From: a virus
Taxonomy: Duplodnaviria; Caudoviricetes
Virus record (IMG/VR): IMGVR_UViG_3300020050_010116
Location: 16,580 to 80,579 of that record
DNA length: 64,000 nucleotides
Reading direction: 5' to 3' (one strand)
Made by a program: the position numbers and the translations under genes. Positions within the stretch are counted from its first letter, which is position 1. Each line of letters starts with the position of its first letter. Under the pieces are notes generated by a model. The model searched no databases and was not told where the DNA came from. It worked only from the letters and a program-made list of their open reading frames with translations. Below, one piece after another: positions 39,028 through 49,696 of this stretch.

Positions 39028-40009
39028 TAGCCTTTATGTAAAAAAATACACTGTTTCTTTGGAGACTATTAATCACAATTTGCATAAAAATGATAACGAA
39101 ATAAAAGAAAGCTACTCACCTCAAGGTACAGAATTAGTTGTTGCAGATATTGAGTACAATGTAGACTCCGTGGGCTTAATAAATAAAGAACTTAATAGTT
39201 TTGTAATAAGAGAAAATAATACTTTAAGGTTTTTACAAGAAGCTTCTAAAATTAACCCAGATCTGATTGAATTAAATTTTCAGCAATATATCGGTACTAC
39301 TTTTGCTAACGTGCCTGTTAATTTAAAATCTTTACTTACAGAGGGCTTTGTAGATACTCAAAACAATGTTACTTTTAGGCTTTTAGGTCATACGACTGAT
39401 AGCTTTTATTTTTATGTTGAAAATGATATAATATATGAATTAACCGGTGATGTGGATTATATTAACGGAGTGATATATAATACAAACATACCTTTAAACG
39501 TTTCAGTAAAAGTTTACGGATTATTGAATATAACCAAAGTTAATTGTAAAGAATTAGGCCAGCCTTCTTCTAAATATAACAGAAGCTCTTTTTATAGAAA
39601 AAAATATAATCTAAACAGTAATAAAATTATAATAGATTACGTGACAGATTCAGATGAGTACGTACTAACTGTGCAAAATGATGTGTTTGTATCTCCGTTA
39701 AATTTGGCTATTATCATTGACGGAGTACTTGTGAATTTAAATAATACAATATACTTACCTAAAGGTATTTACCACATAGCCCAAGCAATCAATACGTCAG
39801 CTGAATCTTATTCAGATTTTTCTAATCTTATTTCTGATATGCAAGGCAGCTACTACGCTGACTTTAGAGAAAGTACGTCGACATCTTACAAAGGCGTACA
39901 AACAAATGTTCTGTATAAACCAAATGCTAACACAGGAATTTCTGTTTATTATATAGATCAAAATACAATAAATGCAACAGAAGAAATTTATTTATACTTC
40001 GGAGTTTAA
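39017..40009 (+). CDS. Hypothetical virion protein
   Basis: Start moved from ORF-track 38945 (TTG) to ATG 39017, which has GGAGG 8 nt upstream. Confidence 0.7.
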   Translation: MFPNSLYVKKYTVSLETINHNLHKNDNEIKESYSPQGTELVVADIEYNVDSVGLINKELNSFVIRENNTLRFLQEASKINPDLIELNFQQYIGTTFANVPVNLKSLLTEGFVDTQNNVTFRLLGHTTDSFYFYVENDIIYELTGDVDYINGVIYNTNIPLNVSVKVYGLLNITKVNCKELGQPSSKYNRSSFYRKKYNLNSNKIIIDYVTDSDEYVLTVQNDVFVSPLNLAIIIDGVLVNLNNTIYLPKGIYHIAQAINTSAESYSDFSNLISDMQGSYYADFRESTSTSYKGVQTNVLYKPNANTGISVYYIDQNTINATEEIYLYFGV

Positions 40010-40011
40010 CT

Positions 40012-43000
40012 ATGGTTGATCTTTTTAATCACACACCTAGTAGCACAACTACAATAAACCAAGTTAATTTATTAGCAGCAGAAGTTGAAGCAGCTTTTAC
40101 CTTACTTGAGCAATACTTAATCGTGGATAACACTTTTAATTCGTCTTTTACAAGCAGTGTAGGTAACTTAGATACAAACACTTATCTTAAAAACTACCAT
40201 CCAAGTGGAGGTAAAGTAATAGGGTTTTCTGAAAATCTTTATTTCCTTACTAATGCTAAGGATGCAGCTTTAAGCCTAGTACCGAGTACTGATATTTCAG
40301 ATTTAGCTGCTATCACTATAGCTAACTTAGCTAATCCTTCCACTACCTATACATATAAGACAGACGGTATTATTTTATCAGATTATGATTTTACTATCGT
40401 AAATAAAAGAGTAATTTTTAAAGAAACTCCTGTGGATCAACTAGTTATAACTTATAATGGTTATGCTTATGTAGATGGAACTTCTGGGTATAATCTAAAA
40501 TATAATTTGTTAGTTATAAACGGTAGTACTCAACTCTCTACTACCTATCAAGGCAACTATACGTATGAGGTTTCAGGAACTAATCTCTTAGATTTGTGTT
40601 CAGATACGATTAAGGATATTATCAATAATAATTTAGAGTTATTACCTTACGTCTCTGTATTTAGTAATAATATCAAATTACCTTTGATTGAAGCAACCTT
40701 AAGTAATACATTGTTTACTTTCAAAACAGATGCTACAATCCCAGAAAATAGTCTGACTGATGTAGTGCTGTTTATTGCAAATACAACTTTAGGGGATTTG
40801 ATAAAAGGTTTGTATAAGATTGTGTATAATCACAATCACTCTACTACCGAAGGACTTAACGTAAACCACGGAGATTTACTAGGCTTATTCAATAACACCT
40901 CTAATATACAGTACCAAGTGACTAGTAAGTTAAATTACGATCACCCTCAGTACTTAAACAGAGAAGGTTATATAGCGGATCCAACCGTCTATAATAACTC
41001 TTTTCTAGGTGATTTTCATATTGGAAGTTCAGCTTCAACAAATCAGTACAACAACTTGGTAGGTGATTCTAACAAGATTATCTTTGGATCTTTTAGTAAC
41101 GGTCATAAAGTATATTATGATTTTTCTCTAAATAGTCTTGTAATAGATGCAAGCACTGATAAAGACTGTTTAGCTTTAAAGGCAGAAATTAATCATACAC
41201 TATTGCAATTAAATAATAACTATGTGAGTAATCTAAAATTATTAGATGATACAAAATATCTTGAAGTAATGTTAGAAGAAAGCAGAGCAGACTCTAATCT
41301 GGGTATTATTAAGTTTGTACGAAGAGTTGTTGACCCTTTAGATAATACAATTAGTACAGTAGATCAAGCTAAGATTTTTGTTAGATATGCAGAGATAGGA
41401 TCTGTTACGGTTAAAGAAGAACTTAATATTCCAGCTAACTCTAAAATTAGTTATGGTTCCTCTACAAGTTACACCACTAGTTTAAATAATACAACTGGCT
41501 ATTTGGATTTTAACGGCAGTTCAGGCGGTATTATTGAATTCAAGCTTCCTACTAAACACGTTAAAGTTGAAGCAGCTACTGTAGTATCTCCTATTATTTT
41601 ATTGGATAATAATGCGTCAAAAATTTCGTTTAACAATAACACAGAATCAGTCACTTATGATGGCGTTAAATTAACGTTTAATGTGGCAAACTCACCAAAC
41701 TTTCGTTTAAATGGGTACAAGAAAGGCTTAAGTTTAGACAAAAAATATTGGATGTATGTTTCTACACCTACTGGAGAAGCACTGCCTGAGAATAACCTAA
41801 CTAGCCAGAATCTGTATATCGAAGCAACTACTAACGGAAGTGTCCACTTTATTAAAAATACAGATAATATTTTTACTGAGGGTGTCACTAATCTAGATGA
41901 ACTAGAAAAAGCTGATATTTTTGCTAAGGAAGCAACTTTTACTAATTACAAAGTTGTATACAATCCTTCTACTACTAACGGAGTAAGTTTAGATGATATT
42001 AACTCAAACCGTATATTCGCTGGAAAGGATGTTGATGGAAACATCTCAACAGTATTAAAAACAAATTCGAAAGTTATTGTAGTAAATGCATACACGCCTT
42101 CTGCCGTAGGTACTCCTGTAATTAACTACGGGGAGTTACTCTTAGGTAAGGTTACAACTAATGGAAACAAAGACACATCTTCAGGTTTTTATGGTAACGT
42201 ATTTATACCTGTAGACAATAAACTTGTTGTTAATGGAACTACGATTTTTACAAATGACATAACATTTAATACTAATGTTAAGGTGACCAATCTACTAACA
42301 ACAAAAGACATAGAGAGTGAAAGTATCACCTCTGTTGATATTGAAGTAACAGATACATTATCTACAAAGAATTTAGAAGTATCTGACAATGGTACTACTC
42401 GCCTAGGTAAGACTGAAGTACGAAAAGACTTGGAGGTGACAGGTGCTATAACTCAGAATAGTGCTACCGCTAGTAACGTACTTAACGGGACTTTAAGGGT
42501 TGTTGGCAAGACAGAGTTTTTATCTGGTTTAAACGCAAGCAATTCGTTAATCACAGGTTTAATTAACTCTCCTGCACCTTCGGCGGATGAGGCTGTTAGT
42601 TTTTCTCTATTACAATCTGAAGAGAGTAAGTTGTATGACAGAGTACTAACCGAGGTAGATAACAAACTGCAAGACTTTGTTAATACTATCCTTGAAAAAA
42701 CATTTCCAATGTATAGTTTGTATTTTAATGCAGTAGATGATAGAAATCCAGCTATAACTATTGGATTTGGTATCTGGCAAAGAGACTTGGAAGGTAGATC
42801 ACCTATTGGTGTAATTAAAGAGTTAGCTTTGATTAATAGTACCGAAGTACCTGAAGATGCTAAGCAAAGCCAAGGCTGGACTTTCGGAGAGTATGCTCAC
42901 AGCTTAACTTCAGAAGAAAATGGTCCTCACTATCATATTAGTAATGGTATAAACCCTGATAATGACTCTTTAGGTATGAAGAATATTGAACATGTTAATG

Positions 43001-43131
43001 TATTAAACCAAAATACGTTGTACACAGACACAGGAGATTCAAGAACTAGGACAGCTTTGTCTGGAGAAGGCGCTCCTCACAACACAGTACATCCAGTACA
43101 AATTGTTAGTATTTGGAAGAGAATAGGATGA
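40012..43131 (+). CDS. Tail fibre/baseplate protein with collar-like C-terminus
   Basis: 1039 aa; beta-repeat middle; C-terminal DRNPAITIGFGIWQR...GEYAHSLTSEENGPHYH...PHNTVHPVQIVSIWKRI typical of fibre collar/tip domains. Confidence 0.7.
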   Translation: MVDLFNHTPSSTTTINQVNLLAAEVEAAFTLLEQYLIVDNTFNSSFTSSVGNLDTNTYLKNYHPSGGKVIGFSENLYFLTNAKDAALSLVPSTDISDLAAITIANLANPSTTYTYKTDGIILSDYDFTIVNKRVIFKETPVDQLVITYNGYAYVDGTSGYNLKYNLLVINGSTQLSTTYQGNYTYEVSGTNLLDLCSDTIKDIINNNLELLPYVSVFSNNIKLPLIEATLSNTLFTFKTDATIPENSLTDVVLFIANTTLGDLIKGLYKIVYNHNHSTTEGLNVNHGDLLGLFNNTSNIQYQVTSKLNYDHPQYLNREGYIADPTVYNNSFLGDFHIGSSASTNQYNNLVGDSNKIIFGSFSNGHKVYYDFSLNSLVIDASTDKDCLALKAEINHTLLQLNNNYVSNLKLLDDTKYLEVMLEESRADSNLGIIKFVRRVVDPLDNTISTVDQAKIFVRYAEIGSVTVKEELNIPANSKISYGSSTSYTTSLNNTTGYLDFNGSSGGIIEFKLPTKHVKVEAATVVSPIILLDNNASKISFNNNTESVTYDGVKLTFNVANSPNFRLNGYKKGLSLDKKYWMYVSTPTGEALPENNLTSQNLYIEATTNGSVHFIKNTDNIFTEGVTNLDELEKADIFAKEATFTNYKVVYNPSTTNGVSLDDINSNRIFAGKDVDGNISTVLKTNSKVIVVNAYTPSAVGTPVINYGELLLGKVTTNGNKDTSSGFYGNVFIPVDNKLVVNGTTIFTNDITFNTNVKVTNLLTTKDIESESITSVDIEVTDTLSTKNLEVSDNGTTRLGKTEVRKDLEVTGAITQNSATASNVLNGTLRVVGKTEFLSGLNASNSLITGLINSPAPSADEAVSFSLLQSEESKLYDRVLTEVDNKLQDFVNTILEKTFPMYSLYFNAVDDRNPAITIGFGIWQRDLEGRSPIGVIKELALINSTEVPEDAKQSQGWTFGEYAHSLTSEENGPHYHISNGINPDNDSLGMKNIEHVNVLNQNTLYTDTGDSRTRTALSGEGAPHNTVHPVQIVSIWKRIG

Positions 43132-44342
43132 TTAATAAAAAATACAATATTAATATTTTTAAAAAAATTGCAGAGAGTAATGATGAGATGTCAACACCAG
43201 ACATCTCTGATTCTTTTAAAATTTTAGAAAAACAAATTGTTTTCAGTGATATCAAAAACAAGTCTTTGTGTGTTATTAATGATATAACTTATAATGGTAC
43301 TAACACAGTTTTAACAAGTAACACTTTAGGTATTCTTGCTTCAAATAAAACATATTATTTTAATAATAAATACTATTACTATAAGATGGATATTTCAAGT
43401 CTGGTAGCAGCTTATCCTACAAATTATTTAAGCAAACTAAGTACTACTTTATTGGATTTTCATTTATATGATGAAACAACAATATTGTTAAATACAAAGA
43501 GAAGCTATTACAGCATAGGAGAGGTAGTTCTCTATGTAAAACCTATCCTGCACTTAGGTTTAAATAAAGCATTTAACTACGAACATATTAAAGTTAAACG
43601 ACTTAAAAATAAATTTAAAGTCACAATTTCTTCTTCGCTAGAGCACGTGTTTAAACTAGAGACTGAATATCTTTACCAACCTATCCAATGGCACGATTCA
43701 ATCCGATTTAATGAGAGTGTAGTTTTGCCTGAACACACTTTTACAATCCAATCAAAAACAGAATTAGAGCTTAAAGATGTAGCTGCCACTTACGTAACTA
43801 AAAATTACCCTCTAGGTTCGATAGTAATACAACCATACACTAACGTTTACTCTAAAGTAATCTACAACACTTACTATTCTAATCTCTGCTTTCCTGCTGT
43901 GATCCCAGCCGCCTACGTATGCGTAACCGACTCACGTATTTATTTAACAATAGACCCTACCGATTCTAACATCTTATGTAGTTATACGTCAAAAAACGTA
44001 GAAGTAAAAACCTACTTAAATAAATACAAAAGTAACAGAATATATAAGTACAACAAAGACTTGTTATTTTATTATACAACAACTAGTGACTTCTTTAGTT
44101 TAAGGTACGGTAGTTCTTTATTTAAAATAAATAAAAACTTAAGTTACAGTAATGCTGATTATTACGTAAACAATATCATTCAAAAAGATATGAGCGTAGA
44201 TTGGAGTGACATACCAGTAAGTCCTTCGAGAAATACTACAGGCTTGTTCCCTTCTTACCTAGCAGATATATATCAAGATATATTATCTAGCCCAAATTTA
44301 AAATCAGACAATAACAGTAAACTCTATGAAGAAGTGACATGA
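43128..44342 (+). CDS. Hypothetical virion protein
   Basis: ATGA-coupled start at 43128 (ORF track starts 43113); Tyr-rich. Confidence 0.7.
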   Translation: MINKKYNINIFKKIAESNDEMSTPDISDSFKILEKQIVFSDIKNKSLCVINDITYNGTNTVLTSNTLGILASNKTYYFNNKYYYYKMDISSLVAAYPTNYLSKLSTTLLDFHLYDETTILLNTKRSYYSIGEVVLYVKPILHLGLNKAFNYEHIKVKRLKNKFKVTISSSLEHVFKLETEYLYQPIQWHDSIRFNESVVLPEHTFTIQSKTELELKDVAATYVTKNYPLGSIVIQPYTNVYSKVIYNTYYSNLCFPAVIPAAYVCVTDSRIYLTIDPTDSNILCSYTSKNVEVKTYLNKYKSNRIYKYNKDLLFYYTTTSDFFSLRYGSSLFKINKNLSYSNADYYVNNIIQKDMSVDWSDIPVSPSRNTTGLFPSYLADIYQDILSSPNLKSDNNSKLYEEVT

Positions 44343-45520
44343 CCATACAGAATTATCTAACTGAGAATCAAGATTTATATATTAATAGAAAATTCGACTC
44401 AACAAGGTACCCAATAAACTTTGTTGAGTTAGAACTTCAACTGATGCAAGCAGAGTTGGATTCAATTTATTCTGCTATAAATGAACAGAATCAAAGTACA
44501 GCTAAAGCAGCTTTAGAGTTTCAAGACTTGTATTCAAATATGGTAGCTTCTTTTCAAAAAAAGATAGAGTATATTAAAAATGTATCAGAAATTCTTGGCA
44601 AACTTAATATAACTTATGATGCAAACAATATTTCAGATTTTAAAATAGTTGATTATTTTAATAATGATTTTGAATTAAACTCTAACTCGTATTTAGTTTT
44701 ACCTAAAGAACCTGTGACTTTTAAAACTAGCTTTATTGTGTCAGGCGATACTTTGGAAGTTTACAACACTAACAAGTCAGTGCACAATAGTATAAGTATT
44801 AAAGGTAATTTTACTGATATTGACTCGTTTTTAATTACAATATTAAAAACAGATGGTACTGTAATACAAGACACGGTAGACAGTTTTGCTAACAATGTAG
44901 TTAATTTTGATCATGAGTTAGCTAATAGCGTAAGCATTGCCATCAGAGTGTTTTTTAATAATCCGAACCTAAGTACCTTAGACAAACAGGTTATATACAA
45001 CTCTTTTGTTTTTAACTTATGTCTTAATAACTATTCTAATTACACAACTTACTCACTACCTAAATTAACACTTAAGGTAGCAGATTACTACGTAATAAGT
45101 CAACTAACAAAAATACCAACAAATACTTTTATAAATTATAATATCTCTGTAGATGATGTAAATTATACAATACCTGTAGGTAACAATGTAGTTTGCAAAA
45201 GATTAGACAATTTAAATTATAAAGAAGTAGCTTCTTTTGTTGGACTGTATGTTAAAGATTTATACACTACAGAGAATCTTGACGAAGCATATCTCAGGGC
45301 ATTAGATAGAAAAGAAGAAAAATTCGTAGTCTATATTAGTAAATTAAAAGATAGTGTTGTCTTAAACAACACGCTAAAATTAATTGATAACTTAGGCTTT
45401 AAATACTTAAAATATGCGAATCAAAATCTGGATATACGTGTCAACGTAGAGTTATATAGTTTTGACAGCACACTAACACCTCAAATAAAAAATATCATAG
45501 GTTACTCTAAAAATGAATAA
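44339..45520 (+). CDS. Hypothetical virion protein
   Basis: 393 aa, ATGA-coupled, N-terminal coiled coil, C-terminal ELYSFDSTLTPQIKNI. Confidence 0.7.
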   Translation: MTIQNYLTENQDLYINRKFDSTRYPINFVELELQLMQAELDSIYSAINEQNQSTAKAALEFQDLYSNMVASFQKKIEYIKNVSEILGKLNITYDANNISDFKIVDYFNNDFELNSNSYLVLPKEPVTFKTSFIVSGDTLEVYNTNKSVHNSISIKGNFTDIDSFLITILKTDGTVIQDTVDSFANNVVNFDHELANSVSIAIRVFFNNPNLSTLDKQVIYNSFVFNLCLNNYSNYTTYSLPKLTLKVADYYVISQLTKIPTNTFINYNISVDDVNYTIPVGNNVVCKRLDNLNYKEVASFVGLYVKDLYTTENLDEAYLRALDRKEEKFVVYISKLKDSVVLNNTLKLIDNLGFKYLKYANQNLDIRVNVELYSFDSTLTPQIKNIIGYSKNE

Positions 45521-47636
45521 ATATGAAAAACAAAGTATTGCTTCTTTTATGGACGAATTAGAAAAAAGCACTAACGAGTACGTAGACAAATCTAATACAC
45601 TAAATACAGAGTTATATCGTACTATTGTTGATGTGCAAAAAGAAACTACCCCTCTAGTTAAAAAACTTAGTGTAGTCTCAGATATGCTTTTAGATTTAAA
45701 ATCAATTACTGGTAACACAAAAAATACTATTGATTTAACTAAAAATCCTGTAGTTTATTTTAAGGACAATGTTATTATTGACAGCAATAGTTTTAAAATA
45801 AGTTCTAGTAAAACACAGGTAGTTGAGTACACAGTTACTGATTCGTCCATGAGATCTTTCTTGCCTTTTACAATAAAAGACGCAACAGGAAATCTTACGA
45901 ATAAAACTGAAGCCCTTCTTTATAAAAAAGATATGGAGGTGTCTTTTGAGAGAAAAGGCTTCAGTTTTAGTTTAGTACTAAAATATAAATCTAAAGCCTT
46001 TATCAATGAATTGATTGTACAACTAGGTACAACTTACCGAGGAATGCTGCCTATTTTGTCCTTAAAGTACATTGACGAGAATTTAGTTGATACTCCTATT
46101 TACGTCAGCGGTACTTCAAACCAAATAGATATTAATTCTAAATTAAATAAAGATAATAAGTATAGCTTTAGTTTCTCTACAATATATACAGATCAGTTAA
46201 TTTTAGAATTTAGCAGTCCTGCTCTGTCTTCATTTTATCTCAGTAATGTAGTTACTAATTTTGTATCCTATGCTGATAAAGGAGTTATAATTTGTGGCCC
46301 GTATTCCACAAAAGATCCTATACTAAAAGCTAGCATTTCTAGTCAAAATAAAACAAGTAATGTATCTGTCAGTGTCAGTAGCGATTTAAGTTCTTGGATA
46401 GAATTGGATGAAATAACATCTTTAAATCTTACAAATAAAAGCAAGATAGCTTCTTTTAATACCATTAATGAGAAATCCTTTAAAACTGAAGATGATGTGA
46501 AATCCTTGTATATTAAATTTGAATTCACTACTAAAGAAAATGCAATAGCAACAGCGTCTTTAAAAACAATAAAAGAAAGAAATCTAACAACTAGTTCTAC
46601 AAATATTCCAGAAGATAAATATACAACTTACACTAATAAAGAAGCATACGCTAGTTACGGAGTTGTATTTAATAAAAACAATCTTAATACTAACTTAGTA
46701 CCAGTGTCTTCTTTAGATAAAATCAAGGTAAACAATAGAACTATGTTCTTAGGTTTTATTGCGGCACCTTTCTGTGTTAAAATAAATAGCACAGATATAG
46801 CTAATGTAACTTATATAAATAAAGAGAAGAAAGTTGGCTTCGCAGAAGTTTCCGCAACTGACTTAGATCCAGTAAATTACACTATAAGAGATATAAATAT
46901 CTTAGAAGTTAATAGAACTGTTGTTGGAGGAAGCAATAAAGATATTGTCTATAAATTAAAAGTACCTGAAGGTCAGTATAAGATAACTACTGACACAGAT
47001 AGTTTAATTTTAGATTTAAGTACTCCTTACACCTATAATACCAGCAGTACTATTTTATTTGTTCCTGATAGTTCGGTAAGAATATTTAACGAGTTGAATC
47101 AAGAGTTGTTTTCTATTAGAAAAGAAGATTTAAAGACAGTTATTTATGAAGGAAGTGCTTACAAATATTTAGACTTAACTGATTATTTATATAATAAAAT
47201 AATTGTTGAAGGTTTTGTAAGCACAGTGTTAGGTGAGTATACTGAAATACAAACTAATGAATTTGTATTGATTGACGGGGTGTTATTGTTTAAAGGAGAA
47301 GCTGTAGTTAAGTGTCACGAATTAGTTAAAACTATTGCAACGTATACCCCAATAATTAGCTACACTAACGGGAATTACTTAAAAAGGATTACCTCAGAAT
47401 TCACCACATATAATAATGAAACATTTGTTGGCCCCACAGAAACGACAGCGATAAAACTAAATAACATATTTATTAAAAAAGGAACTTTGGTGTTAGAAGA
47501 TTTACCTTCAGCTGATACAGAGACTTATACGCCTAATCTTACCCCAGACATAAACTATTTAAATATTGGAACTACAGAGTCTCCATTATATTTAAATCCA
47601 GATGACACTGATTCAAACATTTACTTAGAGATTTAA
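45513..47636 (+). CDS. Hypothetical virion protein
   Basis: 707 aa, N-terminal coiled coil then beta-rich domains. Confidence 0.7.
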   Translation: MNKYEKQSIASFMDELEKSTNEYVDKSNTLNTELYRTIVDVQKETTPLVKKLSVVSDMLLDLKSITGNTKNTIDLTKNPVVYFKDNVIIDSNSFKISSSKTQVVEYTVTDSSMRSFLPFTIKDATGNLTNKTEALLYKKDMEVSFERKGFSFSLVLKYKSKAFINELIVQLGTTYRGMLPILSLKYIDENLVDTPIYVSGTSNQIDINSKLNKDNKYSFSFSTIYTDQLILEFSSPALSSFYLSNVVTNFVSYADKGVIICGPYSTKDPILKASISSQNKTSNVSVSVSSDLSSWIELDEITSLNLTNKSKIASFNTINEKSFKTEDDVKSLYIKFEFTTKENAIATASLKTIKERNLTTSSTNIPEDKYTTYTNKEAYASYGVVFNKNNLNTNLVPVSSLDKIKVNNRTMFLGFIAAPFCVKINSTDIANVTYINKEKKVGFAEVSATDLDPVNYTIRDINILEVNRTVVGGSNKDIVYKLKVPEGQYKITTDTDSLILDLSTPYTYNTSSTILFVPDSSVRIFNELNQELFSIRKEDLKTVIYEGSAYKYLDLTDYLYNKIIVEGFVSTVLGEYTEIQTNEFVLIDGVLLFKGEAVVKCHELVKTIATYTPIISYTNGNYLKRITSEFTTYNNETFVGPTETTAIKLNNIFIKKGTLVLEDLPSADTETYTPNLTPDINYLNIGTTESPLYLNPDDTDSNIYLEI

Positions 47637-47640
47637 TAAA

Positions 47641-49101
47641 ATGGCAATACAAGACTTACTTGGAATCCGAATTAACCAACTACAAGTAACACCAAGTCTT
47701 AACAGTACTACAAAAATAGTAGTACAAGATGGCTTAGATACAACTAAGGCTGCAACAATAGATACGCTAGAAAATTACTTAGATGTGACTAATAAGATTG
47801 ATTTTGCATTTAATTCGCACCTGACCTCTACCGATCCTCATGGAGACAGAGCTTACTCCGTAGCCCAGTTAAACTTACATAAAAATGAACTAGATGCTCA
47901 CGGACACAAAACTTACACAGATAATAGTCTTACGATACATACACAAGGATTGGATCCTCACGGAGATAGATCTTATGCATTAGGTTTAATGACTACTCAT
48001 AATGCTTTAACAGACCCTCACGGGCATAAGGCATACACTATTGGTGAAGTAAGCGGACATAACTTAGATGTAAACGCCCATAATATAGATGATAGAATTG
48101 AAACAGCTATTGACGATACTAGAGGAGTGGTTAATGGTTTTGCACCATTAGATTCAAATCTTTTGATTTCTTCTGCATACCTTCCAACTACATCGAATCA
48201 AGTAATTTTTGTTACAAGTTTGCCAGCAACTGGCGTAGTGGGTAAACTATACATTAATTACTCTGATGATAAACAATACTACTGGACTGGCGCTATTTTT
48301 AAAGAGTTATCTAATTTTAGCGTAGGTGGTGTAAGCTTAACTACAGATGATGTAGCTGAATCAACTATTAACCTAAATAGACGTTATTATACTACTTTAA
48401 TCGAAACAGGGATTAACAGTGCAATTAATACAAGAATTAACATAGGTGCTAATTTAGGAACAGGCCTAAACGTTTATAAAGAAAAAGTAGGTAGTACTTT
48501 AAACTTTAGAACTTTATTAGCAGGGGATGGAATCACTTTAAATCAAACTGCCAACAGTATAGAAGTTTCTTTAGCACCAGTAAGTAGCATTGAAAACGAA
48601 CCTATTGATTTCTCAACAGTGGCTAGAACATATGTAGGAGAACTCACCAATTATTTAACAACTGACGGGTTAGTTTTAAATACTACAACTTACGCACATA
48701 CAATGAAATATCCTACACATGGATTGACTCACTATAAAGGAAGAATTATAGTTGCTAAAATTAAACAAGGAAGTGGGTTAGAACAGATAGGAAAGTATAA
48801 TAAAATAGAAGAAATGAGGACTTGGGAAGTTTCTTTTATTATCAATAGTCATCAAGAGTGGGATAGTGCTGATGATCCAGAAGAATTTTCTAATATTGCA
48901 GCACAAACAATAACAGAAGATCTAACTAATGGATTAACAACAACAGGGCCTACTGTAAGCTTAAATTTACATAACGATAGTAAGTCAGTCTTGATACAAT
49001 GTACTAGCCCTAATATAGCGAATTACGTATATTTATGGAAAGGTACTTTTAAAAAGACATACCTATTACATGATCCAACAGGTACTATAGAACATGGTTA
49101 A
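47641..49101 (+). CDS. Tail fibre-like protein with His-rich DPH repeats
   Basis: 486 aa; IRINQL..T.SL..TTKIVV N-terminus, 20-aa H-x4-D(P/A)H repeats, GVVNGFAPLDSN and FRTLLAGDGITL fibre motifs. Confidence 0.65.
   Translation: MAIQDLLGIRINQLQVTPSLNSTTKIVVQDGLDTTKAATIDTLENYLDVTNKIDFAFNSHLTSTDPHGDRAYSVAQLNLHKNELDAHGHKTYTDNSLTIHTQGLDPHGDRSYALGLMTTHNALTDPHGHKAYTIGEVSGHNLDVNAHNIDDRIETAIDDTRGVVNGFAPLDSNLLISSAYLPTTSNQVIFVTSLPATGVVGKLYINYSDDKQYYWTGAIFKELSNFSVGGVSLTTDDVAESTINLNRRYYTTLIETGINSAINTRINIGANLGTGLNVYKEKVGSTLNFRTLLAGDGITLNQTANSIEVSLAPVSSIENEPIDFSTVARTYVGELTNYLTTDGLVLNTTTYAHTMKYPTHGLTHYKGRIIVAKIKQGSGLEQIGKYNKIEEMRTWEVSFIINSHQEWDSADDPEEFSNIAAQTITEDLTNGLTTTGPTVSLNLHNDSKSVLIQCTSPNIANYVYLWKGTFKKTYLLHDPTGTIEHG
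47818..48081 (+). repeat. 60-nt/20-aa periodic repeat (about 4.5 units)
   Basis: HLTSTDPHGDRAY / HKNELDAHGHKTY / HTQGLDPHGDRSY / HNALTDPHGHKAY / HNLDVNAH with His exactly 60 nt apart. Confidence 0.85.
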
Positions 49102-49696
49102 TAAAAATTTAAAAGAAGTATCTTTTATTGACGGAGAAAAAGAATTCTACATCAATGAGACAATAACAGAACTATTGTCTCAGAATTCCAATATATTTCC
49201 ATTAAGAGAAAAACCAGAAAAAGACTCTATTATTTTTACAGGAGATGTAACTTTATTTAAAATAAGAGTATATAAAGAAGAGGATTTGGACTTAGAAGGT
49301 AGTTATTACATTTATAAAGAAAGTAATGGTTCTTATACATTAAAAATAAATTCTAATTTAAAAACAAAAACAACAACTTTTACGTATATAACTTATAATA
49401 GTGAGACAGCAACACGAGTACAAGGACTATACTCTGTTAACTATGAAAGAGGGGTTTTATATACATCCACGCCAATAAAAAATGTAAGAATTAGTTATAA
49501 GTGTAGTGCTCAATACTATACAGGAAAGGAGATGCACCAGAATAATTTTAATACTTACTCTAGCAACACAATAGAAGATAATCAAACTGAATATGTATAT
49601 CAAATACAAGATAAAAGTGTAAATGATAAAGAAAAAGAACTTATAGAAACACCAAGAGTAATTCTAATAACTACAGGCGATAACTATGAACTATAA
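49094..49696 (+). CDS. Hypothetical virion protein
   Basis: 200 aa; YSVNYERGVLY motif typical of tail/neck beta proteins. Confidence 0.65.
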   Translation: MVNKNLKEVSFIDGEKEFYINETITELLSQNSNIFPLREKPEKDSIIFTGDVTLFKIRVYKEEDLDLEGSYYIYKESNGSYTLKINSNLKTKTTTFTYITYNSETATRVQGLYSVNYERGVLYTSTPIKNVRISYKCSAQYYTGKEMHQNNFNTYSSNTIEDNQTEYVYQIQDKSVNDKEKELIETPRVILITTGDNYEL

